A DNA stretch of 64,000 bases from Candidatus Omnitrophota bacterium (GTDB lineage: Bacteria > Omnitrophota > Gorgyraeia > Pluralincolimonadales > Pluralincolimonadaceae): contig JBAZJG010000002.1 of NCBI GenBank assembly GCA_041651455.1, forward strand, positions 127,892 through 191,891. The letters run 5' to 3'. A program made the translations under genes and the position numbers. The notes under the pieces were generated by a model. The model made no database searches, was not told where the DNA came from, and saw nothing but the letters and a program-made list of their open reading frames with translations. Shown here piece after piece: positions 46,790 to 56,519 of the stretch (the first letter of the stretch is position 1; each line of letters begins with the position of its first letter).

Positions 46790-47460
46790 TAGAAGACGAC
46801 AGGAACATCTCCAAGCTCATCAAGTTCAACCTTGAGAAGGAGGGCTTTGACGCCTTTGCCGTCCCTAACGGCGAGGATGCCCTCGAACACCTTAAAAGAT
46901 ATTCCGTAGACCTAGTTATCCTCGATATAATGCTCCCCAAAATGGACGGCTTCGAGGTCTGCCGGCAGGCCAAGCAGGACCCGAAGCTGAAGGATATCCC
47001 GGTGATAATGCTTACCGCTAAAGGCGAGGAAGTGGACAGGGTCGTGGGGCTCGAGCTCGGCGCGGACGATTACATCGTAAAACCGTTCAGCCCGCGCGAA
47101 CTTACGTTAAGGGTAAAGGCGATACTGCGCCGCGGGAAAGCGCCGGCCGCCGTGAAGGAGATATTGAAGGCCGGAGGGATAACCGTGGATTCCGCCAGGC
47201 ACAGGGTGACCGCTGGCAGGAAGGAGATCGAGCTGACGCCGATGGAGTTCAAGCTGCTCTCGACCCTTATGGTGCGCAGCGGGCGCGTCCAGTCGAGGGA
47301 GCAGCTCCTTGCGGATGTATGGGATATCGCCGCCGACGTTGATACGCGCACTATAGATACCCATATCAAAAGATTACGAGAAAAACTCGGCAAGCCGGGC
47401 GACGCGATAAGGACCGTCAGGGGGCTCGGTTACCAGTTCAGGGAAGACGATGAGGATTAA
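46765..47460 (+). CDS. phoB: OmpR/PhoB-family response regulator.
   Basis: 231 aa with a receiver domain (D in LDIMLP) and a winged-helix C-terminus. It is followed by phoR and lies in a pst/phoU neighbourhood. Confidence 0.8.
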   Translation: MPNENILIVEDDRNISKLIKFNLEKEGFDAFAVPNGEDALEHLKRYSVDLVILDIMLPKMDGFEVCRQAKQDPKLKDIPVIMLTAKGEEVDRVVGLELGADDYIVKPFSPRELTLRVKAILRRGKAPAAVKEILKAGGITVDSARHRVTAGRKEIELTPMEFKLLSTLMVRSGRVQSREQLLADVWDIAADVDTRTIDTHIKRLREKLGKPGDAIRTVRGLGYQFREDDED

Positions 47461-49207
47461 GCTGCACTGGAAGATGACGATAGTGTTCTGCCTGCTCGGG
47501 ACGGTTTTGCTCGCCGCGGCCTATCTGTACCTTAACCCCCGCCTTAAGGCGTTCATAGAAAGGGATATCGAGGATAACATCAGGAGGGAACTCTTCCTCT
47601 GCCGGGAGCTCCTGGGCCCCGCCGACCTCAAGGATGCCGACGCGCTCGCCGGAAGGATGGGTTCGTCGCTTGGGTTGAGGGTAACTATAATCGCGCCGGA
47701 CGGGAAGGTCCTCGGGGATTCGGATATCGAAAGCGCGGACCTAGCCGGGGTAGAGAACCATCTCGACAGGCCGGAGGTCCGGCAGGCGCTGAAGGATGGT
47801 TTCGGCCACAGCCGCAGGTACAGCTATACTCTCAAGAAATACATGATGTACAGCGCCGTGCTCCTCGGAGATAAACCGCCCGCGCCGGTCCTGCGACTGA
47901 TAATGCCCGTCTCATCGATAACCGAGTTCGAGGCGAAGATGCAGAAGATCCTCATAGTTGCGCTGGCCGCCGTGTTCCTGTTATCGCTCGTATTAAGCGT
48001 GATAGTATCATCGGTAGTGACGCGCCCGGTATCGCGGATATCTTCTACCGCCAAGTCGATAGCGGGGGGAGACCTTTCCGCAAGGGCTCTCATATCATCC
48101 GACGACGAGATAGGCGACCTTGCAAAGACGCTCAACCATATGGCCGGCGAGATACGCGGGAAGATTGACAGTATCGCCTCCGGCGAGGCTAAGCTCGAGG
48201 CGGTGCTCTCGAGCATGGTGGAAGGCGTCATCGTGACCGACGAGAAAGGCGCGATACTTATCGCGAACCCCTCGGCCCGCAAGATGTTCCTGATCGATAC
48301 GGCGCCGGAGGGGAAGACGCCGCTTGAGGTCATACGCAACTCATCCGTGCAGGATATCGTCGACAGGATACTCAGGCAGGGTCAGAGGGTCGCTGCCGAG
48401 GAGATACAACTCAGCAGGCCGGATGAAAGGTCGGTAAAAGTGAGCGCCGCAGCCGTGATGAAAGAAGGGGAATTGTCCGGCGCGCTTCTCGTCTTCCATG
48501 ATATCACCGAGTTAAGGCGCCTCGAGAGGGTAAGGCAGGATTTCGTCGCGAACGTTTCGCATGAACTGCGCACGCCGCTGTCGAGCATAAAAGGATATTC
48601 GGAGACGCTTGCCGAAGGCGGCGTAACGCAGCAGAAGGAGCAGAAGGAATTCCTCGGGATAATCTACCGTGAGAGCGACCGCCTCGCGAAACTCATAGAC
48701 GACCTGCTGGACCTGTCCAGGATAGAATCGGGCAAGATGGCGATGGTCCTCATGCCGGTGGACCTGCTTCCGGCGGTAAAGCGTGCCGGCGCGATACTCG
48801 AAAAACAGGCGGCCTCAAAGTCGATCAGGATAACCCTCGATATTCCCTCCGGGACCCCGCGAATCCTCGCCGATGAGAGCAGGCTCTCACAGGTAATATT
48901 GAACCTTCTGGATAACGCGGTTAAGTACACGCCCGAGGGCGGAGATGTCAGGATATCTGCCGTTCCCGACGGGGTTTTTGTCCGCGTAGATGTTTCCGAT
49001 ACGGGCGTCGGCATCCCCGAAGCCGATATCCCGAGGATATTCGAACGGTTCTACAGGGTCGACAAGGCCCGCTCGCGCGAGCTCGGCGGCACGGGCCTCG
49101 GCCTCTCGATAGTAAAGCATATCGTCCAGGCCCACGGCGGGCAGGTGTCGGTCAGATCCGCGCCGGGCAAAGGCACTACCTTCAGTTTCACAATTCCTAA
49201 AGCTTAG
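47450..49207 (+). CDS. phoR: Phosphate-regulon sensor histidine kinase PhoR-like (HAMP-PAS-HisKA-HATPase).
   Basis: 585 aa. H-box VSHELRTPLSSIKGY. N, G1 and G2 boxes (LLDNAVKYT, DTGVGI, GGTGLGLSI). Confidence 0.8.
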   Translation: MRIKLHWKMTIVFCLLGTVLLAAAYLYLNPRLKAFIERDIEDNIRRELFLCRELLGPADLKDADALAGRMGSSLGLRVTIIAPDGKVLGDSDIESADLAGVENHLDRPEVRQALKDGFGHSRRYSYTLKKYMMYSAVLLGDKPPAPVLRLIMPVSSITEFEAKMQKILIVALAAVFLLSLVLSVIVSSVVTRPVSRISSTAKSIAGGDLSARALISSDDEIGDLAKTLNHMAGEIRGKIDSIASGEAKLEAVLSSMVEGVIVTDEKGAILIANPSARKMFLIDTAPEGKTPLEVIRNSSVQDIVDRILRQGQRVAAEEIQLSRPDERSVKVSAAAVMKEGELSGALLVFHDITELRRLERVRQDFVANVSHELRTPLSSIKGYSETLAEGGVTQQKEQKEFLGIIYRESDRLAKLIDDLLDLSRIESGKMAMVLMPVDLLPAVKRAGAILEKQAASKSIRITLDIPSGTPRILADESRLSQVILNLLDNAVKYTPEGGDVRISAVPDGVFVRVDVSDTGVGIPEADIPRIFERFYRVDKARSRELGGTGLGLSIVKHIVQAHGGQVSVRSAPGKGTTFSFTIPKA

Positions 49208-49224
49208 TTCACACAAAGTTCACA
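49208..49224. promoter_or_regulatory. Putative Pho box: direct repeat TTCACA-N5-TTCACA upstream of the porin-pstSCAB operon.
   Basis: Seen directly. Two TTCACA hexamers 11 bp apart, then a TATACT -10-like element at 49256-49261. This is similar to the B. subtilis PhoP TT(A/T/C)ACA repeat consensus. Confidence 0.4.
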
Positions 49225-49290
49225 TTTCCGCCCTTTTCCCGCCATCTTCAAAATATATACTCTCTGCTGAAAACAAAAAGGAGGGGGTAT

Positions 49291-50619
49291 ATGGCGAAGA
49301 GGGTCCTGGCCTGTATGGTGTTGGCGGCGGGTATTGCGGGTTCAAGCGCATGCGGTTTTGCCGGCGAGGTCGATATCCTCGTCCAGAAACTCGTGGACAA
49401 GGGCATATTGACGCCCGGGGACGCGCAGCAGATATTGACCGAGACGAAGGAAGAAGCGAAGAAGGAGCTCGCGAAGGGCGAATCGATGTCGGCGCCGAAG
49501 TGGGTGCAGGACATCAAGCTTAAGGGAGATTTCAGGTTAAGGTATCAGCACGACAGGGCCAAACAGGCCGCTGCGACTGCGAGCCAGCGCGACAGGGCGA
49601 GGATAAGGCTCAGGATAGGCGCCGAGACGAGGCTCATAGACGAGTTCAAGGTCGGCTTCGGAATCGCGACCGGGACTACGAGCGACCCGCGATCGACGAA
49701 CATGACCCTCGGGGATTCGTTCTCGTTCAAGGACATAATCCTCGATTACGCTTACGGCCAGTATGACCCGGACCTGTCGCATTACATGCAGCCGTTATCG
49801 CTGTCCATGATAGGCGGCAAGTTCCCTAACCCCATATGGGAACCGGTGGACATGCTCTGGGACACCGACATAAGGCCGGAAGGCGTCATGGCCAACCTCG
49901 GTTATAAAGCGGATAATAACCTCGATTTTTTCATGAACAACGGTTTCTTCGTCCTGGACGAAAGCGGCTCGGATAAGGGCGACCCGGTAATGTTCGTAGT
50001 CCAGCCGGGAGTGAACTGGAAGATAACCGACAATATCGAGTTCAAGGGCGCCGTAGACAACTATTTCTTCAACGGAGTAAAGGACCATGCGGCCCTCGAT
50101 TACACCGCGGGCACGAACACGGTAGCGCGCCTGCCGAACATGAACAGGCAGACAAGCACGGCCGTCTACTGGTATAACTACAACTCTATTGCGCCGAAAG
50201 CCGAGATCGGTTTCATAGACCCGTTCAAGTTCGCCGGTTTCGACACGGGCGTGCCTTACCTGTCATTCTTCGGCGAATACATAAACAACTGGGACCGCAG
50301 TTCGCAGGATAACGGTTGGGCCGTCGGCAGCAGGATAGGGCACAAGAAGGTCGGCGACAAAGGCCAGTGGCAGTTATGCTACAACTACCGCTTCCTGGAA
50401 AGGGACGCGTGGCTCGATATCTTCCCGGATTCCGATTTTTACAGCGGGAAGACGAACGCGAAGGGAAACAACGTGATATTCCAGTACGGCGTGACGAAGA
50501 ATTCGATGCTTAATTTCGAATATTACGATACGATGAATATGACGAGGCAAACCAAGAGCGCGGATTCATCCCGCCTGCCTGCGCAGGTGATACAGGCGGA
50601 CTGGATAGTCAAATTCTAA
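49291..50619 (+). CDS. Outer-membrane beta-barrel porin, probably a Pho-regulated phosphate/anion-selective porin.
   Basis: 442 aa with a signal peptide, amphipathic beta-strands and a C-terminal ...WIVKF. It lies immediately upstream of pstS, downstream of the Pho box. Confidence 0.5.
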   Translation: MAKRVLACMVLAAGIAGSSACGFAGEVDILVQKLVDKGILTPGDAQQILTETKEEAKKELAKGESMSAPKWVQDIKLKGDFRLRYQHDRAKQAAATASQRDRARIRLRIGAETRLIDEFKVGFGIATGTTSDPRSTNMTLGDSFSFKDIILDYAYGQYDPDLSHYMQPLSLSMIGGKFPNPIWEPVDMLWDTDIRPEGVMANLGYKADNNLDFFMNNGFFVLDESGSDKGDPVMFVVQPGVNWKITDNIEFKGAVDNYFFNGVKDHAALDYTAGTNTVARLPNMNRQTSTAVYWYNYNSIAPKAEIGFIDPFKFAGFDTGVPYLSFFGEYINNWDRSSQDNGWAVGSRIGHKKVGDKGQWQLCYNYRFLERDAWLDIFPDSDFYSGKTNAKGNNVIFQYGVTKNSMLNFEYYDTMNMTRQTKSADSSRLPAQVIQADWIVKF

Positions 50620-50637
50620 AAGAAAGGAAAGGATAAA

Positions 50638-51462
50638 ATGAAAAAGACCGGAATGATGCGGGCGGCGGTATACGCCGCGGCCTGCCTGATGGCCGCCGCG
50701 GGAACGGTATGCGCGGCCGAAAAAGTGGTGGTCGAGGGATCGACGACCGTGCTTCCGATAGCGCAGAGGACGGCGGAGGCATTCATGGACATCCACGGCG
50801 GCATAGACGTCTCCGTGAGGGGCGGCGGTTCGGGTGTCGGAATAGCGTCGCTCTTGGACGGTTCCTGCGACATCGCGGACTCTTCGCGCGCGATGAAGGA
50901 TGCCGAATATGAAAAAGCGGCCGCGAAGAAGAAGGACCCGAAGGCGTTCGTGGTCGCGATGGACGGGATCGCGGTGGTAGTCAATAATTCCAACGGCGTC
51001 ACGGGCCTGACAAAACAGCAGGTAAAGGAGATATATACCGGCGCGGTGTCGGACTGGTCCGCGGTCGGCGGCCAGGCGGGAAAGATCGTAGTCGTATCGC
51101 GCGACAGTTCGAGCGGCACGTTCGAGGCCTTCGGGGAACTCGTGCTGAAAGGCGCGAAGGTCAGGCCGGACGCGCTCATGCAGGCGTCTAACCAGGCGAT
51201 AGCGTCGATAGTGGCGAAGACGCCGGGCGCGATAGGTTACGTAGGGCTCGGTTATATAACGGATTCTGTGAAGCCTCTCGAGATAGAAGGCGTTAAGCCG
51301 GGCAAGGATACCGTCCTCTCGGGCAAGTATCCCGTATCGAGGCCGCTGTTCATGTATACGAACGGAAGCCCGAAAGGCGCGGTCAAGGAGTATATAGATT
51401 ACGTCCTGGGGCCGGATGGCCAAAAAATCGTTGATGAGGAAGGTTTCGTAGCCTTAAAATGA
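50638..51462 (+). CDS. pstS: Phosphate ABC transporter substrate-binding protein PstS.
   Basis: 274 aa with a signal peptide. GSTTVLP and SRDSSSGT phosphate-binding motifs. Confidence 0.85.
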   Translation: MKKTGMMRAAVYAAACLMAAAGTVCAAEKVVVEGSTTVLPIAQRTAEAFMDIHGGIDVSVRGGGSGVGIASLLDGSCDIADSSRAMKDAEYEKAAAKKKDPKAFVVAMDGIAVVVNNSNGVTGLTKQQVKEIYTGAVSDWSAVGGQAGKIVVVSRDSSSGTFEAFGELVLKGAKVRPDALMQASNQAIASIVAKTPGAIGYVGLGYITDSVKPLEIEGVKPGKDTVLSGKYPVSRPLFMYTNGSPKGAVKEYIDYVLGPDGQKIVDEEGFVALK

Positions 51463-51466
51463 TGCC

Positions 51467-52351
51467 ATGATACGCATAAAAGAGAAGGCCTACGAGTGGA
51501 TATTCACTGCGCTGGCCTTCTCGTCGCTTATATTCCTGGTCGGGATAATAATAGTCCTGTTCAAGGAAAGTATCCCGATATTCAAGGCCGTAAAGCCCGG
51601 GGACCTGCTTTTCGGCAGGTTCTGGTACCCGACTTATGAACCTCCCGAGTTCGGGATATTCCCGCTTATACTCGCAAGCTTTTGGGTGACCCTCGGGGCG
51701 ATGTTCGTTTGCGTCCCGCTCGGGATAGGGAGCGCTCTTTACCTGAACGAGATAGCGGGCCCGGCGCAGAAGTCCGTGCTGAAACCTATGGTCGAGATAC
51801 TGGCAAGCATCCCGTCCGTCGTATACGGGTTCTTCGGGATGATGATAGTGGCGCCCCTGCTCCAGGAGGTGCTGCATATCCCGACAGGGTTATGCGCTTT
51901 CAGCGCCAGCCTGGTGCTCGGGATAATGGCGACGCCGACTGTTTGCAGCATCGCGGAGGACGCGCTCAGTTACGTTCCGAGGAGTTTCAGGGAAGCGTCG
52001 TTCGCGGTCGGCGCTAACAGGTGGCAGACGCTCACGAAGGTGGTCATACCCGCCGCCGGTTCCGGGATATCGACGGCCATAATACTTGGCATGAGCAGGG
52101 CGGTCGGCGAGACGATGATCGTGCTGATGGTCGCGGGAGGGGCCGCGGTGATACCGAAGTCATTCTTCGACCCGGTGAGGCCTATGACATCCGCGATAGC
52201 CGCCGAGATGGGCGAGGCGCCGATGGGAAGCATGCATTACCATTCGCTCTTCGCCATAGCGCTGGTGCTCTTCCTTATAACATTTGTGTTCAATATAATA
52301 GCCGAACTGGTAAGCCGGAGGTTCAGGATAAAATTGGGGCATAGCGGATGA
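51467..52351 (+). CDS. pstC: Phosphate ABC transporter permease PstC.
   Basis: 294 aa with 6 transmembrane helices and an EAA-like loop. Position in the operon supports the call. Confidence 0.85.
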   Translation: MIRIKEKAYEWIFTALAFSSLIFLVGIIIVLFKESIPIFKAVKPGDLLFGRFWYPTYEPPEFGIFPLILASFWVTLGAMFVCVPLGIGSALYLNEIAGPAQKSVLKPMVEILASIPSVVYGFFGMMIVAPLLQEVLHIPTGLCAFSASLVLGIMATPTVCSIAEDALSYVPRSFREASFAVGANRWQTLTKVVIPAAGSGISTAIILGMSRAVGETMIVLMVAGGAAVIPKSFFDPVRPMTSAIAAEMGEAPMGSMHYHSLFAIALVLFLITFVFNIIAELVSRRFRIKLGHSG

Positions 52352-53199
52352 AAGCAAAAGATATAACGCAAAAGATAGGGTTCGCCTCGCTCTTCGCATG
52401 CATGGCCGTAACGCTCTTCTTCCTCGGCGCGATAATATTTTTCATCGCGGCGCGTGGGATAAAGGTCATAACATGGGAGTTCCTGACGCAGGTGCCGAAG
52501 GCCGGGATGACGCAGGGAGGGGTGGCGCCGGCGATAGTCGGCACGCTTTATGTAACTCTCGGGGCGATAGCCGTGTCGCTTCCGCTCGGGCTCGCGTGCG
52601 CGATATACCTCTGCGAATATTCGCCGAAAGGATATTTCGTCAATATAATAAGGATGAGCATAAATAACCTTGCCGGCGTGCCGTCCGTCGTCTTCGGGCT
52701 CTTCGGCCTGGCCGTGTTCGTGAAATATTTCGGTTTCGGCGTCTCGATATTGTCGGGAAGCCTTACGCTCGGGATACTCGCGCTGCCAGTTATAATATCG
52801 GCGACGCAGGAAGCGTTGACTGCGGTCCCGATCTCGCTCAGGGAGGCGTCGCTCGCGCTCGGAGCGACGAAATGGGAGACGATAAGGAAGATAGTGCTGC
52901 CGACCGCGCTGCCCGGCATCCTGACGGGGATAATATTAAGTATCGGAAGGGTCGCGGGAGAGACGGCCCCGATACTCTTTACGGCAGCCACATTCTATAC
53001 GAGGAGATATCCGGATTCGCCGTTCTCGGAGGTCATGGCGCTTCCGTACCATATCTACGCGCTGATGACCGAGGGTACGCATCCGGAAGAGCAGTCCGCT
53101 ATCGCTTACGGCTGCGCGTTGATACTGCTTGTGCTGGTGCTTACCGTCTCGGGAGCAGCGATATTCATACGACAAAGGCAGAGGGTGCAGAATGCATAA
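52348..53199 (+). CDS. pstA: Phosphate ABC transporter permease PstA.
   Basis: 283 aa with 6 transmembrane helices. Position in the operon supports the call. Confidence 0.85.
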   Translation: MKAKDITQKIGFASLFACMAVTLFFLGAIIFFIAARGIKVITWEFLTQVPKAGMTQGGVAPAIVGTLYVTLGAIAVSLPLGLACAIYLCEYSPKGYFVNIIRMSINNLAGVPSVVFGLFGLAVFVKYFGFGVSILSGSLTLGILALPVIISATQEALTAVPISLREASLALGATKWETIRKIVLPTALPGILTGIILSIGRVAGETAPILFTAATFYTRRYPDSPFSEVMALPYHIYALMTEGTHPEEQSAIAYGCALILLVLVLTVSGAAIFIRQRQRVQNA

Positions 53200-53953
53200 G
53201 AACGTGAAGATGAAAGCCGGGGGCGTCGATTTCTTCTATGGGCCGCGTCAGGCCCTTAAGGGCATCGACCTCGATATCTGCGAAAAACATGTCACCGCGA
53301 TAATAGGGCCGTCGGGGTGCGGCAAGTCGACGTTCATACGGTTGCTTAACCGCATGAACGAACTGGTGCCGAACACCAGGCTGGAGGGGAGGATACTCCT
53401 CGACGGGGAGGACATCTGCGACCGGTCGGTCGACGCGGTCGAGATAAGGCGGCGCGTCGGTATGGTCTTCCAGAAACCGAACCCATTCCCGAAGAGCATC
53501 TTCGAGAACGTCGCCTATGGCCTTACCGTCAACGGTGTCAAGGACAGCAAGACAATAGAGAAAAAGGTGGTTGCTTCGCTGATGAAGGCCGCGCTCTGGG
53601 ACGAGGTCAAGGACCGGCTCCACGAGAACGCGCTGAAACTTTCCGGCGGGCAGCAGCAGCGGCTTTGTATCGCGAGGTGCCTCGCGGTCGAACCGGAGGT
53701 CATACTCTTCGATGAGCCGTGCGCGAGCCTCGACCCCGTATCTACCGGAAAGATAGAAGAGCTTATCCTTGAGCTGAAGAAGTACTATACTATAGTCATC
53801 GTGACGCATAACATGCAGCAGGCCGCGCGCGTATCGGACCATACGGCGTTCTTCCTGCTCGGCGAACTGGTCGAGGTAGGCCAGACACAGGATATATTCA
53901 CCGCGCCTAAACAGAAGAGGACGGAGGATTACATCACGGGGAGGTTCGGTTGA
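53192..53953 (+). CDS. pstB: Phosphate ABC transporter ATPase PstB.
   Basis: Start at [12 protein letters not shown], an internal Met of the listed ORF. Walker [10 protein letters not shown], signature LSGGQQQRL and Walker B ILFDEP. Confidence 0.85.
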   Translation: MHKNVKMKAGGVDFFYGPRQALKGIDLDICEKHVTAIIGPSGCGKSTFIRLLNRMNELVPNTRLEGRILLDGEDICDRSVDAVEIRRRVGMVFQKPNPFPKSIFENVAYGLTVNGVKDSKTIEKKVVASLMKAALWDEVKDRLHENALKLSGGQQQRLCIARCLAVEPEVILFDEPCASLDPVSTGKIEELILELKKYYTIVIVTHNMQQAARVSDHTAFFLLGELVEVGQTQDIFTAPKQKRTEDYITGRFG

Positions 53954-54351
53954 TGAAGAAAGTCCTGTTCGTATGCGTCGAGAACTCGTGCCGCAGCCAG
54001 ATGGCTGAAGGATGGGCGCGCCATCTCGGTAAAGGCGCGCTGGAGGCCTACAGCGCCGGGTCAAAGCCCTCCGGCACCGTGAACCCGGATGCGGTCAAAG
54101 TCATGGCGGAAGCCGGAGTCGACATATCCGGCCAGGGATCGAAAGGGTTCTTCGACCTCCCGGTTAAGGAGTTCGATCACGTTGTCACGATGGGATGCAA
54201 GGACGTGTGCCCGTTCGTCCCTGCCAGGAAGCATATCGAATGGCAGATAGAGGACCCGAAAGGGGAGGATCTCGATCATTTCAGGAAGGCCAGGGATGTC
54301 ATAAAGATGAAGGTAACCGGGCTTATTGAAACGTTAAAGGGAGAAGAATGA
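53950..54351 (+). CDS. arsC: LMW-PTP-family arsenate reductase (thioredoxin-coupled ArsC) or low-molecular-weight phosphotyrosine phosphatase.
   Basis: 133 aa. The P-loop [13 protein letters not shown] matches Bacillus-type Ars[14 protein letters not shown]. Downstream Cys residues present. It is embedded between pstB and phoU. Confidence 0.6.
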   Translation: MMKKVLFVCVENSCRSQMAEGWARHLGKGALEAYSAGSKPSGTVNPDAVKVMAEAGVDISGQGSKGFFDLPVKEFDHVVTMGCKDVCPFVPARKHIEWQIEDPKGEDLDHFRKARDVIKMKVTGLIETLKGEE

Positions 54352-55016
54352 TGGAAAGGCATTTTGACGAAGAACTGAAAGGCATAAACTCCGATATACT
54401 GAGGATGGGAAGCCTTGCCGAGGACGCGATAGTCAATTCCGTGAAGGCGCTGAAGGAGCAGAGCAGGCAGATCGCCTCAGACGTGATAAACTCCGACAGG
54501 AAGATAGACAGCCTCGAAGTGGAGATAGAGGAGAAGTGCCTGACGCTGATGGCGCTCCACCAGCCGACCGCGGTCGACCTTAGGTTCCTTACCACGGCGA
54601 TAAAGCTCAATAACGAGCTCGAGAGGATAGCCGACCTCGCGGTCGATATCGCGCAGAGGGTGCTCGAGATAGTGGATAAGCCGCTGCTGAAGCCGCTGGT
54701 CGATATCCCGAAACTCTGCGTGATAGCCCAGACAATGGTCAAGGAATCGATAGACGCGTTCGTGAACAGGGACATAGAGCTTGCGAAGAAGGTCGTTCTT
54801 TCCGACGCCGAAGCGGACAAGCTTAGGAATTTCGTTCAGGATGAGCTGGTCAACGACTATATATCAAAAGACGCAGGCACCGCGACAAGGGCGGTTCCGC
54901 TACTTCTTATAGCCCGCCACCTCGAGCGTATCTGCGACCACGCCACGAATATCGCCGAAGACGTCATATACATGGTCGGCGCGAAGGTCGTAAGGCACCA
55001 CCCTGAGGAGTTATAG
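54348..55016 (+). CDS. phoU: Phosphate signalling complex protein PhoU.
   Basis: 222 aa with two PhoU repeats (E/DxxxD motifs ...ERIADLAVDIA..., ...ERICDHATNIAED). Confidence 0.85.
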   Translation: MMERHFDEELKGINSDILRMGSLAEDAIVNSVKALKEQSRQIASDVINSDRKIDSLEVEIEEKCLTLMALHQPTAVDLRFLTTAIKLNNELERIADLAVDIAQRVLEIVDKPLLKPLVDIPKLCVIAQTMVKESIDAFVNRDIELAKKVVLSDAEADKLRNFVQDELVNDYISKDAGTATRAVPLLLIARHLERICDHATNIAEDVIYMVGAKVVRHHPEEL

Positions 55017-55090
55017 CACAAGGGTGTCCCCTCGGTGCATGGCTCCTTTTTTTCTTTGGCTCCTTTTTTTCTTTTTTTCTTGACAAATCT

Positions 55091-55105
55091 CTACCATAAT
55101 GGTAG
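55091..55105. promoter_or_regulatory. Perfect palindrome CTACCAT-A-ATGGTAG, a candidate Rrf2/IscR-type operator upstream of the rrf2-cysK-nifSU cluster.
   Basis: Seen directly, about 30 nt upstream of the rrf2 ATG and overlapping a TAATGGTAGAAAT -10-like stretch. Confidence 0.4.
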
Positions 55106-55134
55106 AAATAGTAGAAATTGAATGGAGAACGGGA

Positions 55135-55578
55135 ATGAAGATATCCACGAGGGGAAGGTACGGGGTAAGGCTGATGCTCGAGCTCGCGGCGCATTACGGG
55201 AAGCAGACCGTTACGCTAAAGCAGATATCTAAGAGCCAATGCATATCGGAGAAGTACCTCTGGCACCTGGTGCCGCCGCTAAAGACGGCGGGGCTGCTGG
55301 CGTCGGGAAGGGGCGCTCACGGCGGGTATTCGCTCGCGAAGCCGCCCTCGAAGATAACGCTTAAGGATGTCGTGACGGCGGTGGAGGGCCCGCTGTTCCC
55401 TACGATATGCGCGGGGAACCCCTCGTCATGTAAAAGGTCGCCGTTATGCGCTTCAAGGGATATATGGGAAGAGATAGGAAAGAAGGTCGGGCAGATACTC
55501 TCCTCGGTGACGCTCGAAGAACTTATGCAGAGGCAGAATAACAAGGCGAAAAAAACTACAGGCATGTATTACATATAG
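55135..55578 (+). CDS. iscR: Rrf2-family (IscR-like) Fe-S transcriptional regulator.
   Basis: Start at [14 protein letters not shown] with RBS GGAGAACGGGA. An HTH and three Cys ([14 protein letters not shown]) typical of cluster-ligating Rrf2 regulators. Confidence 0.75.
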   Translation: MKISTRGRYGVRLMLELAAHYGKQTVTLKQISKSQCISEKYLWHLVPPLKTAGLLASGRGAHGGYSLAKPPSKITLKDVVTAVEGPLFPTICAGNPSSCKRSPLCASRDIWEEIGKKVGQILSSVTLEELMQRQNNKAKKTTGMYYI

Positions 55579-55588
55579 GAGGAGTAAG

Positions 55589-56515
55589 ATGGGCAGGATA
55601 TTCGAGGATATAATCGAGACGATAGGCAATACTCCGCTGGTAAGGATAAACTGCCTAGCCAGGGGAATGAACGCCGTCATATTGGCCAAGCTGGAGTCGT
55701 TCAACCCGCTCTCCAGCATCAAGGACAGGGTGGGCGCGGCGATGATCGAGGCGGCCGAAGAGAAGGGGCTTATAGACGAAGGCAGCGTCATCATCGAGCC
55801 GACGAGCGGCAATACCGGCGTCGCGCTCGCGTTCGTGTGCGCCTCGAAAGGTTACCGTCTGATACTCACCATGCCCGAGACGATGAGTGTCGAGAGGAGG
55901 CAGCTGTTGAAGATACTCGGCGCGGAGATAGTGCTGACCGACGGAGCGAAAGGCATGAAGGGCGCTATCGACAAGGCGAACGAGCTCGCCAAGCAGACGC
56001 CGAAGAGCTATATACCGGACCAGTTCGCGAATCCCGCGAACCCGGAGATACACAGGAAGACGACCGCCGAGGAGATATGGAGGGACACCGGAGGGAAAGT
56101 GGATATCTTCATCGCGGGCGTCGGCACCGGCGGAACACTGACCGGCGTCGGGGAAGTCCTTAAGAAAAGGAACCCGAAAATAAAGGTCATAGCCGTGGAG
56201 CCGAAGGACAGCCCCGTGCTATCAGGCGGCAAGCCGGGCCCGCACAAGATACAGGGCATAGGCGCGGGTTTTGTTCCCGGCGTATTGAACAAAAAGGTAA
56301 TAGATGAGATAATACAAGTCGCTTCGGAGGATGCCGGCGCGGTATCGCGCCGCCTCGCGAAGGAGGAAGGCATCCTCGCGGGCATCTCGTGCGGAGCGGC
56401 GATGTGGGCCGCGCTCGAGGTCGCCAAACGGGACGAATCCGCCGGCAAGACGATAGTCGTGATACTCCCCGATACGGGAGAACGCTATCTTTCCACATGG
56501 CTATTCCAGGAGTAA
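55589..56515 (+). CDS. cysK: Cysteine synthase A (O-acetylserine sulfhydrylase).
   Basis: 308 aa. The PLP-Lys motif SSIKDR, GNTG and the GTGGT loop. Confidence 0.85.
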   Translation: MGRIFEDIIETIGNTPLVRINCLARGMNAVILAKLESFNPLSSIKDRVGAAMIEAAEEKGLIDEGSVIIEPTSGNTGVALAFVCASKGYRLILTMPETMSVERRQLLKILGAEIVLTDGAKGMKGAIDKANELAKQTPKSYIPDQFANPANPEIHRKTTAEEIWRDTGGKVDIFIAGVGTGGTLTGVGEVLKKRNPKIKVIAVEPKDSPVLSGGKPGPHKIQGIGAGFVPGVLNKKVIDEIIQVASEDAGAVSRRLAKEEGILAGISCGAAMWAALEVAKRDESAGKTIVVILPDTGERYLSTWLFQE

Positions 56516-56519
56516 GCAG

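Noticed and set aside
55021-55080. A rho-independent terminator after phoU (GGGTGTCCCCTCGGTGCATGGCTCC followed by T-runs).
   Set aside because: The T-tracts are convincing, but no stable hairpin could be drawn by eye in the GC-rich segment. It is recorded instead as the recurring motif.
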